From contig OZ252104.1 in the NCBI GenBank assembly GCA_965248405.1, forward strand, positions 992,738 to 1,056,737: a stretch of DNA of 64,000 nucleotides. The letters run 5' to 3'. A program made the position numbers and the translations under genes. The stretch comes from Parvibaculaceae bacterium. GTDB taxonomy: Bacteria > Pseudomonadota > Alphaproteobacteria > Parvibaculales > Parvibaculaceae. Under the pieces are notes generated by a model, which was given only the letters and a program-made list of their open reading frames with translations, had not been told where the DNA came from and searched no databases. Shown here piece after piece: positions 18,796 through 27,814 of this stretch (position 1 is its first letter; the number at the start of each line of letters is the position of its first letter).

Positions 18796-19284
18796 TCACT
18801 GCGCGTCGGTCAAACGTCGTGCGAGGTTTGGCACCTGATCAATAATCTTGTCTATTGTTAGGTAGATGTGTTGTTGCGCTTCGAGACTATGCCGGTCCTC
18901 CGGCGCAAACAGGTCGTCCACATCCGGGAGAGGTGTTGATACATTTCCGCAAGCTTCTGAGAAGAGCGGAGACACCACAGAGAAACGGTCGAGCAAAAAC
19001 GCCTTGTGATCATCATTCATCGCGATGATGTGGGTGGCATCGCGTATGTGATCATGCGTTAGCGTTCGTCTCATATGACCTGAGACATCAATTCCCTTTG
19101 TTTGAAGGTAGGATGCAACGTCATCGCGAACTTGTGCAGTGGAGAAGTCATGGGTGCCTGCTGACGAGACTGTGAATCTGTTTCTGTCCGTGAGGTGCGC
19201 CCGCAAGGCATATTCAGCGGTCATGCTCCGAAAGATGTTTCCGGTACATACAAACAGGATGTTTTCAGCCGATTTCCTGCCCAT
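18796..19284 (-). CDS. low-molecular-weight protein-tyrosine phosphatase / ArsC-like phosphatase
   Basis: 162 aa. ILFVCTGNIFRS is the C-X5-R-S P-loop of the LMW-PTP family. Confidence 0.8.
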   Translation of the reverse strand: MGRKSAENILFVCTGNIFRSMTAEYALRAHLTDRNRFTVSSAGTHDFSTAQVRDDVASYLQTKGIDVSGHMRRTLTHDHIRDATHIIAMNDDHKAFLLDRFSVVSPLFSEACGNVSTPLPDVDDLFAPEDRHSLEAQQHIYLTIDKIIDQVPNLARRLTDAQ

Positions 19285-19479
19285 TGTTACCCGCCTCCAA
19301 ACGTGCCATCGAAAACTATAGGTTCACTCGGAACAGCCTAGTGCTCAGAAGACCATCTGCAAATGGAGCCATCCTGCAATAAAGCACCAGGGGGTGGTTT
19401 GTTGCTGGTCCAGTCAGACCTATGCAAGGCTTCCATGATTAACCAAGTTATGGCAGCGTCTGTCACGGGAGGACGAGTG

Positions 19480-20652
19480 ATGGCTGAAAAAGCAGGTGGG
19501 ATTGGAGCGCTGGCAACGCTGGCACGGTTTGCGGCACCGCGGGTCGCAAAGCACTTGTTTGGCGGTCATAGTACGCCGCCCCGAATTCCGCTTGAAGAGA
19601 GCCTGTCTCCCCTGTTGGCGGGGGATACCGCTGGCCTTGCAGAATCGGCCTTCCTGAATCTCACGGTCGAAGATGGCCAATGGACAGATACTGGACTCTC
19701 GGTTGAGGTCGGAGATCAGGTGAGCATTCTGGCGCAGGGGAGCCTTTGGATGTCGAAACCCCTCGACATTCGGCTGGACGCAGGCTCGGCTCTTTGGGCG
19801 CGCATCGGCAGAGGGCCGCTTTTTAAGGTCACGTCGGATGCGAGCACGTTAATCGCTGAACAATCGGGACCGCTGTTTTTGATCGCTGTCGGACCCGGTG
19901 CCTTTGACGATCAGGAGGGTGGCCTTCTTGGCGGTGAACTGCCGGAAGGGCCAACAGGCGAGTTTGAGGTTGCCATCCTCAAATGGCAGAGCGCTGCGGC
20001 ACCTGCTCTTGGCGCATTGGCGGCTAAGGCCGATGGCGCTTTGAAAGACTTACTGTCGGAAGCCGCAACTCGCGCCCGGAACCCAGTTCTCCCGCCCGAG
20101 GACTGGAAATATCTTTGGCGATTGGGCGAGGGTGAGCTCTATAAGTCGGCATCAGAGAAGGATGATGCCTGTATCCGCTGCACCACCCACGAGGATGTCG
20201 GGATTTTGCAGATTCCCGCTGAGCGGCCTTTGACAGATATGCTGACGCTCAATTGGGATTGGATCGCTCATCAACTTCCTTCCTCATTGCCCGAGGATAT
20301 TGAGCCCACCCATGATTATCTCTCCATTGCCGTCGAATTCGACAATGGTCTGGACCTGACCTACATGTGGTCGGCGGCCCTGCCGGAGGACACGATCTTC
20401 CAATGCCCGCTCGCCTGGTGGGATGAGCGGGAGACCCATTGGGTCATCCGCACAAAAAAGGATATCGGAAAGTGGCTCTCTGAGGAGCGCTCTATCAAAA
20501 AAGACTATGAGCGCGCCATCGGAGGAGAGCTGCCCGCCAAGGTTGTGCAGGTCTGGCTGATCGCAAATTCCCTGTTCCAGCGCGGCAAGGGCAAGTGCGA
20601 TTATCGCGCCATCCGTCTGGTGGATGGCCCCGACGTGCTGAACCTCTGTTAG
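19480..20652 (+). CDS. hypothetical protein with a C-terminal DUF3047-like domain
   Basis: The C-terminal 170 aa (DYLSIAVEFDNGLDLTYMWSAALPEDT...VVQVWLIANSLFQRGKGKCDYRAIRL) resemble the DUF3047 pattern as I recall it. The N-terminal 200 aa are unassigned. ATG at 19480 preceded by GGAGGA. Confidence 0.55.
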   Translation: MAEKAGGIGALATLARFAAPRVAKHLFGGHSTPPRIPLEESLSPLLAGDTAGLAESAFLNLTVEDGQWTDTGLSVEVGDQVSILAQGSLWMSKPLDIRLDAGSALWARIGRGPLFKVTSDASTLIAEQSGPLFLIAVGPGAFDDQEGGLLGGELPEGPTGEFEVAILKWQSAAAPALGALAAKADGALKDLLSEAATRARNPVLPPEDWKYLWRLGEGELYKSASEKDDACIRCTTHEDVGILQIPAERPLTDMLTLNWDWIAHQLPSSLPEDIEPTHDYLSIAVEFDNGLDLTYMWSAALPEDTIFQCPLAWWDERETHWVIRTKKDIGKWLSEERSIKKDYERAIGGELPAKVVQVWLIANSLFQRGKGKCDYRAIRLVDGPDVLNLC

Positions 20653-20654
20653 GC

Positions 20655-21335
20655 TCAGAAGTGGTCGGGCCGAAGGGTTTTCAATGCCCTCGGCAGCGCA
20701 TCAAAATGATCAATCAGATGGTCTGCCCCAAGGTCTGGTGCGGGCGTGTCAGTATAACCAAAGGTCACACAGATTGACGGGATCGCGGCGGCTCGCGCGG
20801 CGCTGATATCCGGTCCGCTATCGCCAACCATTACTGTGCCCCCAATATCACCTCCCAGACGGGTGACCGCCTCTGTGAGGTGAAGTGGGTCGGGTTTCTT
20901 CACGGAGAGCGTGTCGCCACCGATTACGACGGGGAAGAATTGGGCAATTTCCAGAGTGTCGAGAAGCTGGTGGGTGAGCCGTTCCGACTTGTTGGTGCAG
21001 ACACCCAGGCGGACATTTTGGGTATGGAGCGCATCCAGCTGGTCCAGAACACCGGGAAAGAGCACCGTGTGGTCCGCGATATGTGCGCTGTAATAGTCGA
21101 GGAATTCCTCAAACAGCTGGTCAAGCAGGGGCTCATCTGCCGGAGCGCCGGTTGCCTCAAAGCTTCGCTGCATAATCTTTCGTGCACCTGCCCCCACCAT
21201 GGGCCGCATCTGCTCATAAGGAACCTGGGCCCGCTCATGACGCTCCAGCAGCACATTCATCGTGTGACAAAGGTCGAGCGCCGTGTCGGCGAGTGTTCCG
21301 TCGAGATCAAAGAGAACAGTTGGAGCAGAATTCAT
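20655..21335 (-). CDS. gph: HAD-superfamily hydrolase, phosphoglycolate phosphatase-like
   Basis: FDLDGTLADT is HAD motif I, CTNK motif II, and GDSGPDI motif IV. The start is uncertain: ATG at 21335 or TTG at 21344. Confidence 0.8.
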   Translation of the reverse strand: MNSAPTVLFDLDGTLADTALDLCHTMNVLLERHERAQVPYEQMRPMVGAGARKIMQRSFEATGAPADEPLLDQLFEEFLDYYSAHIADHTVLFPGVLDQLDALHTQNVRLGVCTNKSERLTHQLLDTLEIAQFFPVVIGGDTLSVKKPDPLHLTEAVTRLGGDIGGTVMVGDSGPDISAARAAAIPSICVTFGYTDTPAPDLGADHLIDHFDALPRALKTLRPDHF

Positions 21336-21560
21336 GCAGGACAAACCGATAGGAAAACCAGAAAAGATGCACCCTGTGGATAAGCCATAAAGAGATTCAT
21401 TTTCAAATACTTATTCTCACAACCGGACTCAAAAACTGATGCGCCAGATATCTCAAGGCACTTGAGAGATAGGATGAGGATAAGTCACCCACATGGGACG
21501 CTTCTTGAATCAACATCTGAACCTGTTGATTCAATCTCTCAAGAACGGTGTCTAGAGAGT

Positions 21561-22718
21561 CTAGTCCGCTGCGTCAGCCCCCTGCCATTGGGCGAGCCCT
21601 GCCAGGGTCTGTGCATAAGTCGTCCGTGCATTGCGAATAACGTTCGTGCGGAAGCTTTCCCGGTTTGGGGCGTAATCGTCTTTTATCTCTGCGAGATAGG
21701 ATGCGGCTTCCGGTGCGTTTAGTCCGCCTTCAAAGCGGAGCCACCGCTCCAGCATCGAAACGCGCAGAGCTTCCGCCGCGTTCGATTTGTGACTGGCAGA
21801 TCGAAATTCCACAACCGCACCCGCGAAAGTCGCATGAGATGCCAGTGCGTTTTCGATCCCCCAAAAAAGGATGCCGTGCCGCGTCGGGCGTTTGGAGCCC
21901 CAAAGCTGGTCGACATGCTCGGAGCTGAGCGCATCTTTTCCCCACCATTGTTTGGCCTGCGCCAGTCCTGCGCTGCCAGGTGGGGAAAAGCAGAGGAAGA
22001 TCAGGTCACCGTCCCCCACAGGGCCGGTGTGCCAGTCGATAAAGGCAACTTGGCGCGTGTGGGCTAGCTCCGTTTGGACAATCGTCTGCAGGGTCTTGAT
22101 CGACCATTCGAGCGACGAGCCACCATAATGAAACCCGTCCGGATGGGTATATTGGCCCCGGCTGATCGCATCTTCGATGGACCAGAGACCGTGTTTGGCG
22201 ATCAGGCGGGCCCCCTCGTTGAGCAGACGCTGGATGGCCTTATCATTGATATGTTTTGGGCAAAGCAGGGGATGGATCTGCTCATAAAGCGGGTTTTCAG
22301 GATAGGGGGCGTCATGGTTCAGCCAGTTCCGGTTGAGATCGACATTGTTTTCCGTGCCCCGCAAGCACCAGGCAAAGCCGAACGGGTTGACCGCGTGGAT
22401 CATGAGGACGGCGACGCCCGGCGTGAGAGATGAAGGTCCGCCACTCTCAATCCAGTCCAATTGTGCAGCAGACCCGGCGAAACCTTCGGCCCCGTGTGTT
22501 CCGCAGGTGTTGATCAGAACCGCGCTGGCATCTTTTGGGCCGAACCAAACCGTGTCCATTGAGAGCGTTTCGCCCGATGGTCCCTTCGCGTTCGGATTGA
22601 CGTAGTGTCGCATTTCTCCACCCGCCGCTGCTGCCGCTTCAAGAAATCGGTCGCGGGCAATGGCATAGGTTTCGGAAAAGGCGGCTGTCGCGGTCATCAC
22701 GCTACATGGTCCCTCCAT
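21561..22718 (-). CDS. M14 carboxypeptidase-like protein (DUF2817-type)
   Basis: 385 aa. CGTHGAEGFAGS carries an HxxE zinc-ligand-like motif. The overall pattern matches the DUF2817 family from memory. The start may be the ATG at 22697. Confidence 0.65.
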   Translation of the reverse strand: MEGPCSVMTATAAFSETYAIARDRFLEAAAAAGGEMRHYVNPNAKGPSGETLSMDTVWFGPKDASAVLINTCGTHGAEGFAGSAAQLDWIESGGPSSLTPGVAVLMIHAVNPFGFAWCLRGTENNVDLNRNWLNHDAPYPENPLYEQIHPLLCPKHINDKAIQRLLNEGARLIAKHGLWSIEDAISRGQYTHPDGFHYGGSSLEWSIKTLQTIVQTELAHTRQVAFIDWHTGPVGDGDLIFLCFSPPGSAGLAQAKQWWGKDALSSEHVDQLWGSKRPTRHGILFWGIENALASHATFAGAVVEFRSASHKSNAAEALRVSMLERWLRFEGGLNAPEAASYLAEIKDDYAPNRESFRTNVIRNARTTYAQTLAGLAQWQGADAAD

Positions 22719-22860
22719 CCGCGCCGTGTGTCGAATATTTTATGCCGAATAGATCGGGGCGACTGGGCCAGCTCTTGATGCAGACGCCGCAGAATGCGCA
22801 CAATACCACCAGATAGAGCACCCAACAGGGTGCAGACACGATCAAAAAGGACCGCACTCC

Positions 22861-24309
22861 ATGAGCCTTCGTGACCCCAATCTTCTGCGTTCGCTTTGTT
22901 ACATCAACGGGTCCTGGACCGGCGAGAGCGCGGAGAAGACGCCTGTCACCAACCCGGCAACCGGTGATGTGATCGCTGAGGTGCCGGTTCTGGGTCAGAA
23001 AGAGACGGAACAGGCGATCGACGCCGCTTATGACGCGGGGCCCGGCTGGGCCGCGCTCACGGCCAAAGAGCGAAGCGTCATCCTGCGCCGCTGGTTCGAC
23101 CTGATGATGGAAAATGCGGACGACCTGGCGGTCATCCTCACAAGTGAACAGGGAAAACCATTGGCGGAAGCCAAGGGCGAAATCATCTACGCGGCCTCCT
23201 TTCTCGAGTTTTATGCAGAAGAGGCGAAGCGTATTCATGGCAGCATCGTGCCGGCGCCCTCCGATGACCGGCAGATTGTCGTGTTGAAACAGCCTGTCGG
23301 GGTGGTGGCCTCGATCACTCCCTGGAACTTCCCAGCTGCCATGATTACCCGGAAGGTGGGACCAGCCCTCGCAGCCGGGTGCACGGTGGTCGCGAAACCC
23401 GCAACCCAGACACCTCTTTCCGCTTTTGCGATGGCAGAACTGGCAGAGCGCGCAGGCGTGCCGAAGGGCGTGTTCTCTGTCCTCACCGGCAAGTCGGGTG
23501 ATATTGGGGGGGAACTCACGTCGAACCCCAAGGTCCGGAAGCTCACCTTCACTGGGTCGACCGAAGTGGGGCGCCTGCTGATGGAACAGGGCGCTTCCAC
23601 GATTAAAAAGATGTCGATGGAACTGGGTGGCAATGCCCCGTTCATTGTATTCGACGATGCCGACGTGGAAGCTGCCGTGGATGGCGGACTTGCCGCCAAG
23701 TACCGAAATACCGGGCAAACCTGCATCTGCACCAACCGCTTTCTGGTGCATGCCAGCGTCTACGACGCGTTCGTGGAAAAGCTGGCGCAGAAGGCGGCAG
23801 AACTGAAAGTTGGGAATGGCCTGGAGGAGGGTATCAGCCAGGGCCCGCTCATCGACATGGCAGGCGTGGAGAAGGTCGAGGAACATGTGGCCGATGCGGT
23901 GGAAAAGGGTGCGCGTCTTTTAACGGGCGGCAAACGCCATGCCCTGGGCAAAACCTTCTATGAACCAACGGTTTTGGCGGACGTGACGCCTGACATGAAA
24001 ATCGCCAGCGAAGAGACATTTGGACCAGTCGCACCCGTCTTCCGCTTCGAAACCGAAGAAGAAGCCATCAAATTGGCAAATGACACGCCTTTTGGTCTTG
24101 CAGCCTATTTCTATGCCCGCGATATTGGCCGCTGCTGGCGAGTCGCTGCAGCCCTTGAATACGGGCTTGTGGGCGTGAATGCGGGGATCATCTCCACGGA
24201 GGTGGCGCCCTTCGGCGGTTGGAAGGAATCGGGTGTCGGGCGCGAAGGTGGCCAGTGGGGCATCGAGGAATTTCTTGAGATAAAATATGTCGCGATGGCC
24301 GGTCTCTGA
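22861..24309 (+). CDS. gabD: NAD(P)-dependent succinate-semialdehyde dehydrogenase
   Basis: 482 aa. Aldehyde dehydrogenase motifs ITPWNFP, FTGST, MELGGNAP and GQTCICTNR (catalytic Cys). The N-terminus is typical of GabD. Confidence 0.9.
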   Translation: MSLRDPNLLRSLCYINGSWTGESAEKTPVTNPATGDVIAEVPVLGQKETEQAIDAAYDAGPGWAALTAKERSVILRRWFDLMMENADDLAVILTSEQGKPLAEAKGEIIYAASFLEFYAEEAKRIHGSIVPAPSDDRQIVVLKQPVGVVASITPWNFPAAMITRKVGPALAAGCTVVAKPATQTPLSAFAMAELAERAGVPKGVFSVLTGKSGDIGGELTSNPKVRKLTFTGSTEVGRLLMEQGASTIKKMSMELGGNAPFIVFDDADVEAAVDGGLAAKYRNTGQTCICTNRFLVHASVYDAFVEKLAQKAAELKVGNGLEEGISQGPLIDMAGVEKVEEHVADAVEKGARLLTGGKRHALGKTFYEPTVLADVTPDMKIASEETFGPVAPVFRFETEEEAIKLANDTPFGLAAYFYARDIGRCWRVAAALEYGLVGVNAGIISTEVAPFGGWKESGVGREGGQWGIEEFLEIKYVAMAGL

Positions 24310-24336
24310 TCTGCGTCGCAGAGAAGCGGAGACAGG

Positions 24337-25035
24337 ATGAGCGCAGACGAGCAGAAGAAACGATCAGCGGAGCGCGCGCTCGACTTTGTCGAAGACGGTA
24401 TGAAACTGGGCCTGGGAACCGGGTCAACGGCGGAGCATCTCGTTCGCCTGTTGGGCGAGAAGGTCGCGAAGGGTTTGCGTGTTGTCTGTGTGCCGACGTC
24501 GGACCGAACCGCGGCACTTGCCGAGGAGCTCAACATTCCACTGACGACGCTTTCCGACACACCGCATCTGGATCTCACCATTGATGGAGCGGATGAATTC
24601 GATGCGCAACTCCGGTTGATCAAGGGCGGCGGCGGGGCCCTTTTGCGGGAGAAGATTGTCGCGACCGCATCCGACCGCATGCTCGTGATAACCGATGCAT
24701 CTAAACAGGTGGAAACACTCGGGGCGTTCCCTTTGCCCATCGAAGTCATTCCGTTTGGCTGCCGGACAACGGCCGAAAAGATAAAGCGGGTAGCGGCTGA
24801 GTTTGGCTGTAAGGGGCTGATTGAGCGCCGGGCTGATGAATATGGCGAGCCTTTCCTCACCGATAGCGAAAACTTCATCTATGACTGTCAATTTGGCGCA
24901 ATTCCTGACGCCGATGGTCTGGCGAGTGCTTTGAACCTCATACCCGGCGTTGTCGATAACGGATTGTTTATCGGGATTGGCAGTGTAGCTATTGTCGGAA
25001 CCGACGACGGCACACATCTGGTAGAGCCGAAATAA
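24337..25035 (+). CDS. rpiA: ribose-5-phosphate isomerase A
   Basis: 232 aa with KLGLGTGSTA and DGADEFD...LIKGGGGALLREK motifs. Confidence 0.9.
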   Translation: MSADEQKKRSAERALDFVEDGMKLGLGTGSTAEHLVRLLGEKVAKGLRVVCVPTSDRTAALAEELNIPLTTLSDTPHLDLTIDGADEFDAQLRLIKGGGGALLREKIVATASDRMLVITDASKQVETLGAFPLPIEVIPFGCRTTAEKIKRVAAEFGCKGLIERRADEYGEPFLTDSENFIYDCQFGAIPDADGLASALNLIPGVVDNGLFIGIGSVAIVGTDDGTHLVEPK

Positions 25036-25100
25036 CATTGCCGTCCACGGGTACCGGGCAATGCTGAAAGAAACAAGCAAGAGCGTGAAGGGACTGCGCC

Positions 25101-26498
25101 ATGTCTGAGAGCAAGACAGAGTTTGATTATGATCTTTTCGTGATAGGGGCGGGTTCAGGCGGTGTGAGAGCGGCCCGCATGTCGGCCTCTCATGGCGCGA
25201 AAGTCGCTGTTGCAGAAGAATATCGTGTCGGTGGGACCTGCGTTATCCGCGGTTGTGTGCCTAAAAAACTCTTCGTCTATGCCAGCCAGTTCCATGAAGA
25301 GTTTGAAGACGCGGCAGGCTTCGGCTGGACGGTTCCTAAAACCAGCTTCGACTGGGCGACACTCCGCGACAATAAGGATAAAGAGATTGATCGCCTCAAT
25401 CAGATTTATATCCGGAACCTGAATAATTCAGGCGTTGAGATTATCGAAAGCCGGGCGGTCCTGAAGGATGCGCACACTGTGCATCTGGTCGGCGAGAACC
25501 GCGACGTAACCGCTGACAAAATTCTGATCGCCACGGGCGCGACCGCCAATGTGGATGAAAGCCTCAAGGGCGCAGAACATGGCATTACCTCCAACGAGGC
25601 CTTCCATCTGGATGAACTGCCGAAAAAGGTCATCGTGACCGGTGGTGGATATATCGCGGTTGAGTTTGCAGGCATTTTCAACGGTCTGGGTATTGAGACC
25701 ACGTTGCTTTATCGCGGCGAAGAAATCCTGCGGGGTTTTGATGACGACCTTCGCGTCACTCTTCATGAAGAGATGGAAAAGAAGGGCATCAGAGTTGTGA
25801 CCGGCACCGTCATCAATGAAATCGAAAAGGTCGACGGTGGATATAAAGCGCATCTGAGTAATGATGAAGTGTTGGAGACCGGCCTCGTCATGTTCGCGAT
25901 TGGCCGCGATCCGAATTCTAAGGATTTGGGGCTGGAGAATGTCGGTATTGAGTTGGGCCGTAAGGGCGAGATCGTCGTCGATCAGTATTCGAAGACCAAT
26001 GTGGACAATATCTACGCCGTTGGTGACGTCACGGACCGCGCGAACCTGACGCCGATTGCGATCCGCGAAGGCGCTGCTTTTGCCGAGACGGTGTTTAACA
26101 ACAATCCGCAATCTGTGGATCATTCGATCATCCCAACGGCGGTCTTCTCACAGCCGGAGATCGGAACGGTAGGTCTGACCGAAGAGCAGGCGCGTGCAGA
26201 ATTTTCTGAAGTGGATATCTACAAATCCAAGTTCAGAGCGATGAAGCACACCCTGTCCGGCAGCAATGAACAGACAATGATGAAACTCATCGTTGATGCA
26301 GCGACGGATAAAGTCCTCGGCTGCCACATTATCGGGCCCCATTCTGGCGAAATGATCCAGGCCATTGGCATTGCCGTCACCATGGGCGCAACCAAAGCGC
26401 AGTTCGATATGACGGTGGCGGTACACCCAACGGCAGCAGAAGAGCTGGTCACCATGAAAGAAAAATGGGTGGCCCCTGAACTGAAAGCGGCCGACTAG
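25101..26498 (+). CDS. gor: glutathione-disulfide reductase
   Basis: 465 aa. GAGSGGVRAAR is the FAD motif, GGTCVIRGCVPKK the redox-active CxxxxC, and HPTAAEE the C-terminal motif. Confidence 0.9.
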   Translation: MSESKTEFDYDLFVIGAGSGGVRAARMSASHGAKVAVAEEYRVGGTCVIRGCVPKKLFVYASQFHEEFEDAAGFGWTVPKTSFDWATLRDNKDKEIDRLNQIYIRNLNNSGVEIIESRAVLKDAHTVHLVGENRDVTADKILIATGATANVDESLKGAEHGITSNEAFHLDELPKKVIVTGGGYIAVEFAGIFNGLGIETTLLYRGEEILRGFDDDLRVTLHEEMEKKGIRVVTGTVINEIEKVDGGYKAHLSNDEVLETGLVMFAIGRDPNSKDLGLENVGIELGRKGEIVVDQYSKTNVDNIYAVGDVTDRANLTPIAIREGAAFAETVFNNNPQSVDHSIIPTAVFSQPEIGTVGLTEEQARAEFSEVDIYKSKFRAMKHTLSGSNEQTMMKLIVDAATDKVLGCHIIGPHSGEMIQAIGIAVTMGATKAQFDMTVAVHPTAAEELVTMKEKWVAPELKAAD

Positions 26499-27097
26499 TC
26501 CGTCGCCTGCAGGCCACACAGAACGTCTCGGAGCAGCCCTTTGGCAAATCTTTCGTCAAGCGGAAGATGGCCGATAAGCACACGGTAAAAGAGCGGCCCG
26601 TAGATCATATCGAGGGCGATGTCGATGTCGGCGTCTGATCGGATATCTCCGGCAGCAATGGCGCGGGTGAGGAGGCTTTGCCCTTCGACACGGCTCTTCA
26701 GGATCACCTGATTGCGAAACCCCTTGGCGATTTCGCTGTCCTGCTCCGCCGCCGCCAGCATGAGGCGCACCTGGCTACCGCGTTTGGTGGCGAATTTCTC
26801 GACGACTTTAAGCAGCTGACGTTCTAGATCCGCCAGGGGAGAGTCTGTTTCGTGGACATGGGTCGCTGCCGTATCGGTATCCATTAGGGCGGCCATGGCA
26901 AGGGCCTGCGCGTTCGGCCAGGACCGGTAGACGGTTGGCTTGCCCACTTTGGCTCGGGAAGCGACGGCTTCCATCGTCACCGCTGAGATGCCGCCTTCCT
27001 CTAAAAGACTGCTCGCCGCATCCAGAATGGCCCGCCTGGCGGCTTCGCTTCGCGGCCGCCCACGTTTTGGCTTTTCTGGCTTGACTCTCTCAATCAT
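26495..27097 (-). CDS. TetR/AcrR-family transcriptional regulator
   Basis: 200 aa. RGRPRS...AILDAASSLLEEGGISAVTMEAVASRAKVGKPTVYRSW is the HTH. Its stop overlaps the gor stop within CTAG. Confidence 0.85.
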   Translation of the reverse strand: MIERVKPEKPKRGRPRSEAARRAILDAASSLLEEGGISAVTMEAVASRAKVGKPTVYRSWPNAQALAMAALMDTDTAATHVHETDSPLADLERQLLKVVEKFATKRGSQVRLMLAAAEQDSEIAKGFRNQVILKSRVEGQSLLTRAIAAGDIRSDADIDIALDMIYGPLFYRVLIGHLPLDERFAKGLLRDVLCGLQATD

Positions 27098-27107
27098 TAT
27101 GAAACAC

Positions 27108-27118
27108 TACGTAACGTA
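27108..27118. promoter_or_regulatory. short palindrome TACGTaACGTA, weak operator candidate
   Basis: A perfect 5-1-5 palindrome in the 50-nt gap between the TetR gene and the VOC gene. Confidence 0.3.
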
Positions 27119-27147
27119 ATTAAATGAATCTGGCAAGGAGATTTGTC

Positions 27148-27600
27148 ATGGCTAATGTCACTGCGCACGGTCTGATGCCCTATATCGCCGTTAGAAATGG
27201 CGCGGCAGCAATAGACTTTTATGTCCGGGCATTTGGGGCTGTTGAGAAGTTCCGTCTGGAAGACCCGGCAGACGGGCGCATAGGGCATGCTGAGCTGACT
27301 GTGGGTGGCTCGACCCTGATGCTGTCCGATGAGTACCCCGATTTTGGTGCTCTTTCGCCGGAAAGCCTGGGCGGATCACCGGTGAAACTGCATGTCTATG
27401 TGGATGATGTGGACAGCGTGTTCGCGGATGCCCTGGCCGCTGGTGCGGTGGAGTTGCGACCGGTTAAGGACCAGTTTTTCGGCGATCGCAGCGGCATGTT
27501 ACAGGACCCCTTTGGGCATACCTGGTTTGTCGCCACACAGACGGAAGACGTATCCCCGGCCGAAATGCAGAAGCGCTGGGCGGAAGGGATGGCGGAATAG
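27148..27600 (+). CDS. VOC-family (glyoxalase/PhnB-like) protein
   Basis: 150 aa from the ATG preceded by AAGGAG. The PYIAVRNGAAAIDFYVRAFGA...GHAELTVGGSTLMLSDE pattern is typical of PhnB-like VOC proteins. Confidence 0.8.
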   Translation: MANVTAHGLMPYIAVRNGAAAIDFYVRAFGAVEKFRLEDPADGRIGHAELTVGGSTLMLSDEYPDFGALSPESLGGSPVKLHVYVDDVDSVFADALAAGAVELRPVKDQFFGDRSGMLQDPFGHTWFVATQTEDVSPAEMQKRWAEGMAE

Positions 27601-27814
27601 CGACATCACGAGCCAGTGACCATGCCGGTGATCGGGATTGAAACGCTGAAAGGAACTAACCATCTCAAGCACTTAGCCTTTTCATTGGAACTGATTGGGC
27701 CTATAACTTCCCGCCTTCCAAGCAAGCCGTCCAAATATTCGCTAAGCGCGTGGATCGGTTGCTCAGAAGCGACGGAAGACTTGAAAATAAGTGTTTTAAG
27801 ACAAGAGGTTAGCC

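Noticed and set aside
22702-23886. 394-aa minus-strand ORF covering the 5' two-thirds of gabD. Similar long antisense ORFs lie at 24111-24878, 25428-26123, 30522-31544, 43539-44309 and 48268-49443.
   Set aside because: Each lies antisense to a gene with strong family motifs. Their translations are Arg/Pro/Gly/His-rich with no recognisable domain. Such shadow ORFs are expected in GC-rich DNA.
26495-26498. The convergent gor and TetR genes share overlapping stop codons within the palindrome CTAG.
   Set aside because: This is a trivial consequence of TAG being self-complementary within CTAG. There is no evidence of regulatory meaning.
27601-27814. Possible aromatic amino-acid leader peptide or attenuator upstream of the class II DAHP synthase, including ORF 27616-28188.
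   Set aside because: No short ORF here is enriched in Phe, Tyr or Trp, and I saw no terminator hairpin. The 190-aa ORF overlaps the DAHP synthase gene out of frame and looks spurious.
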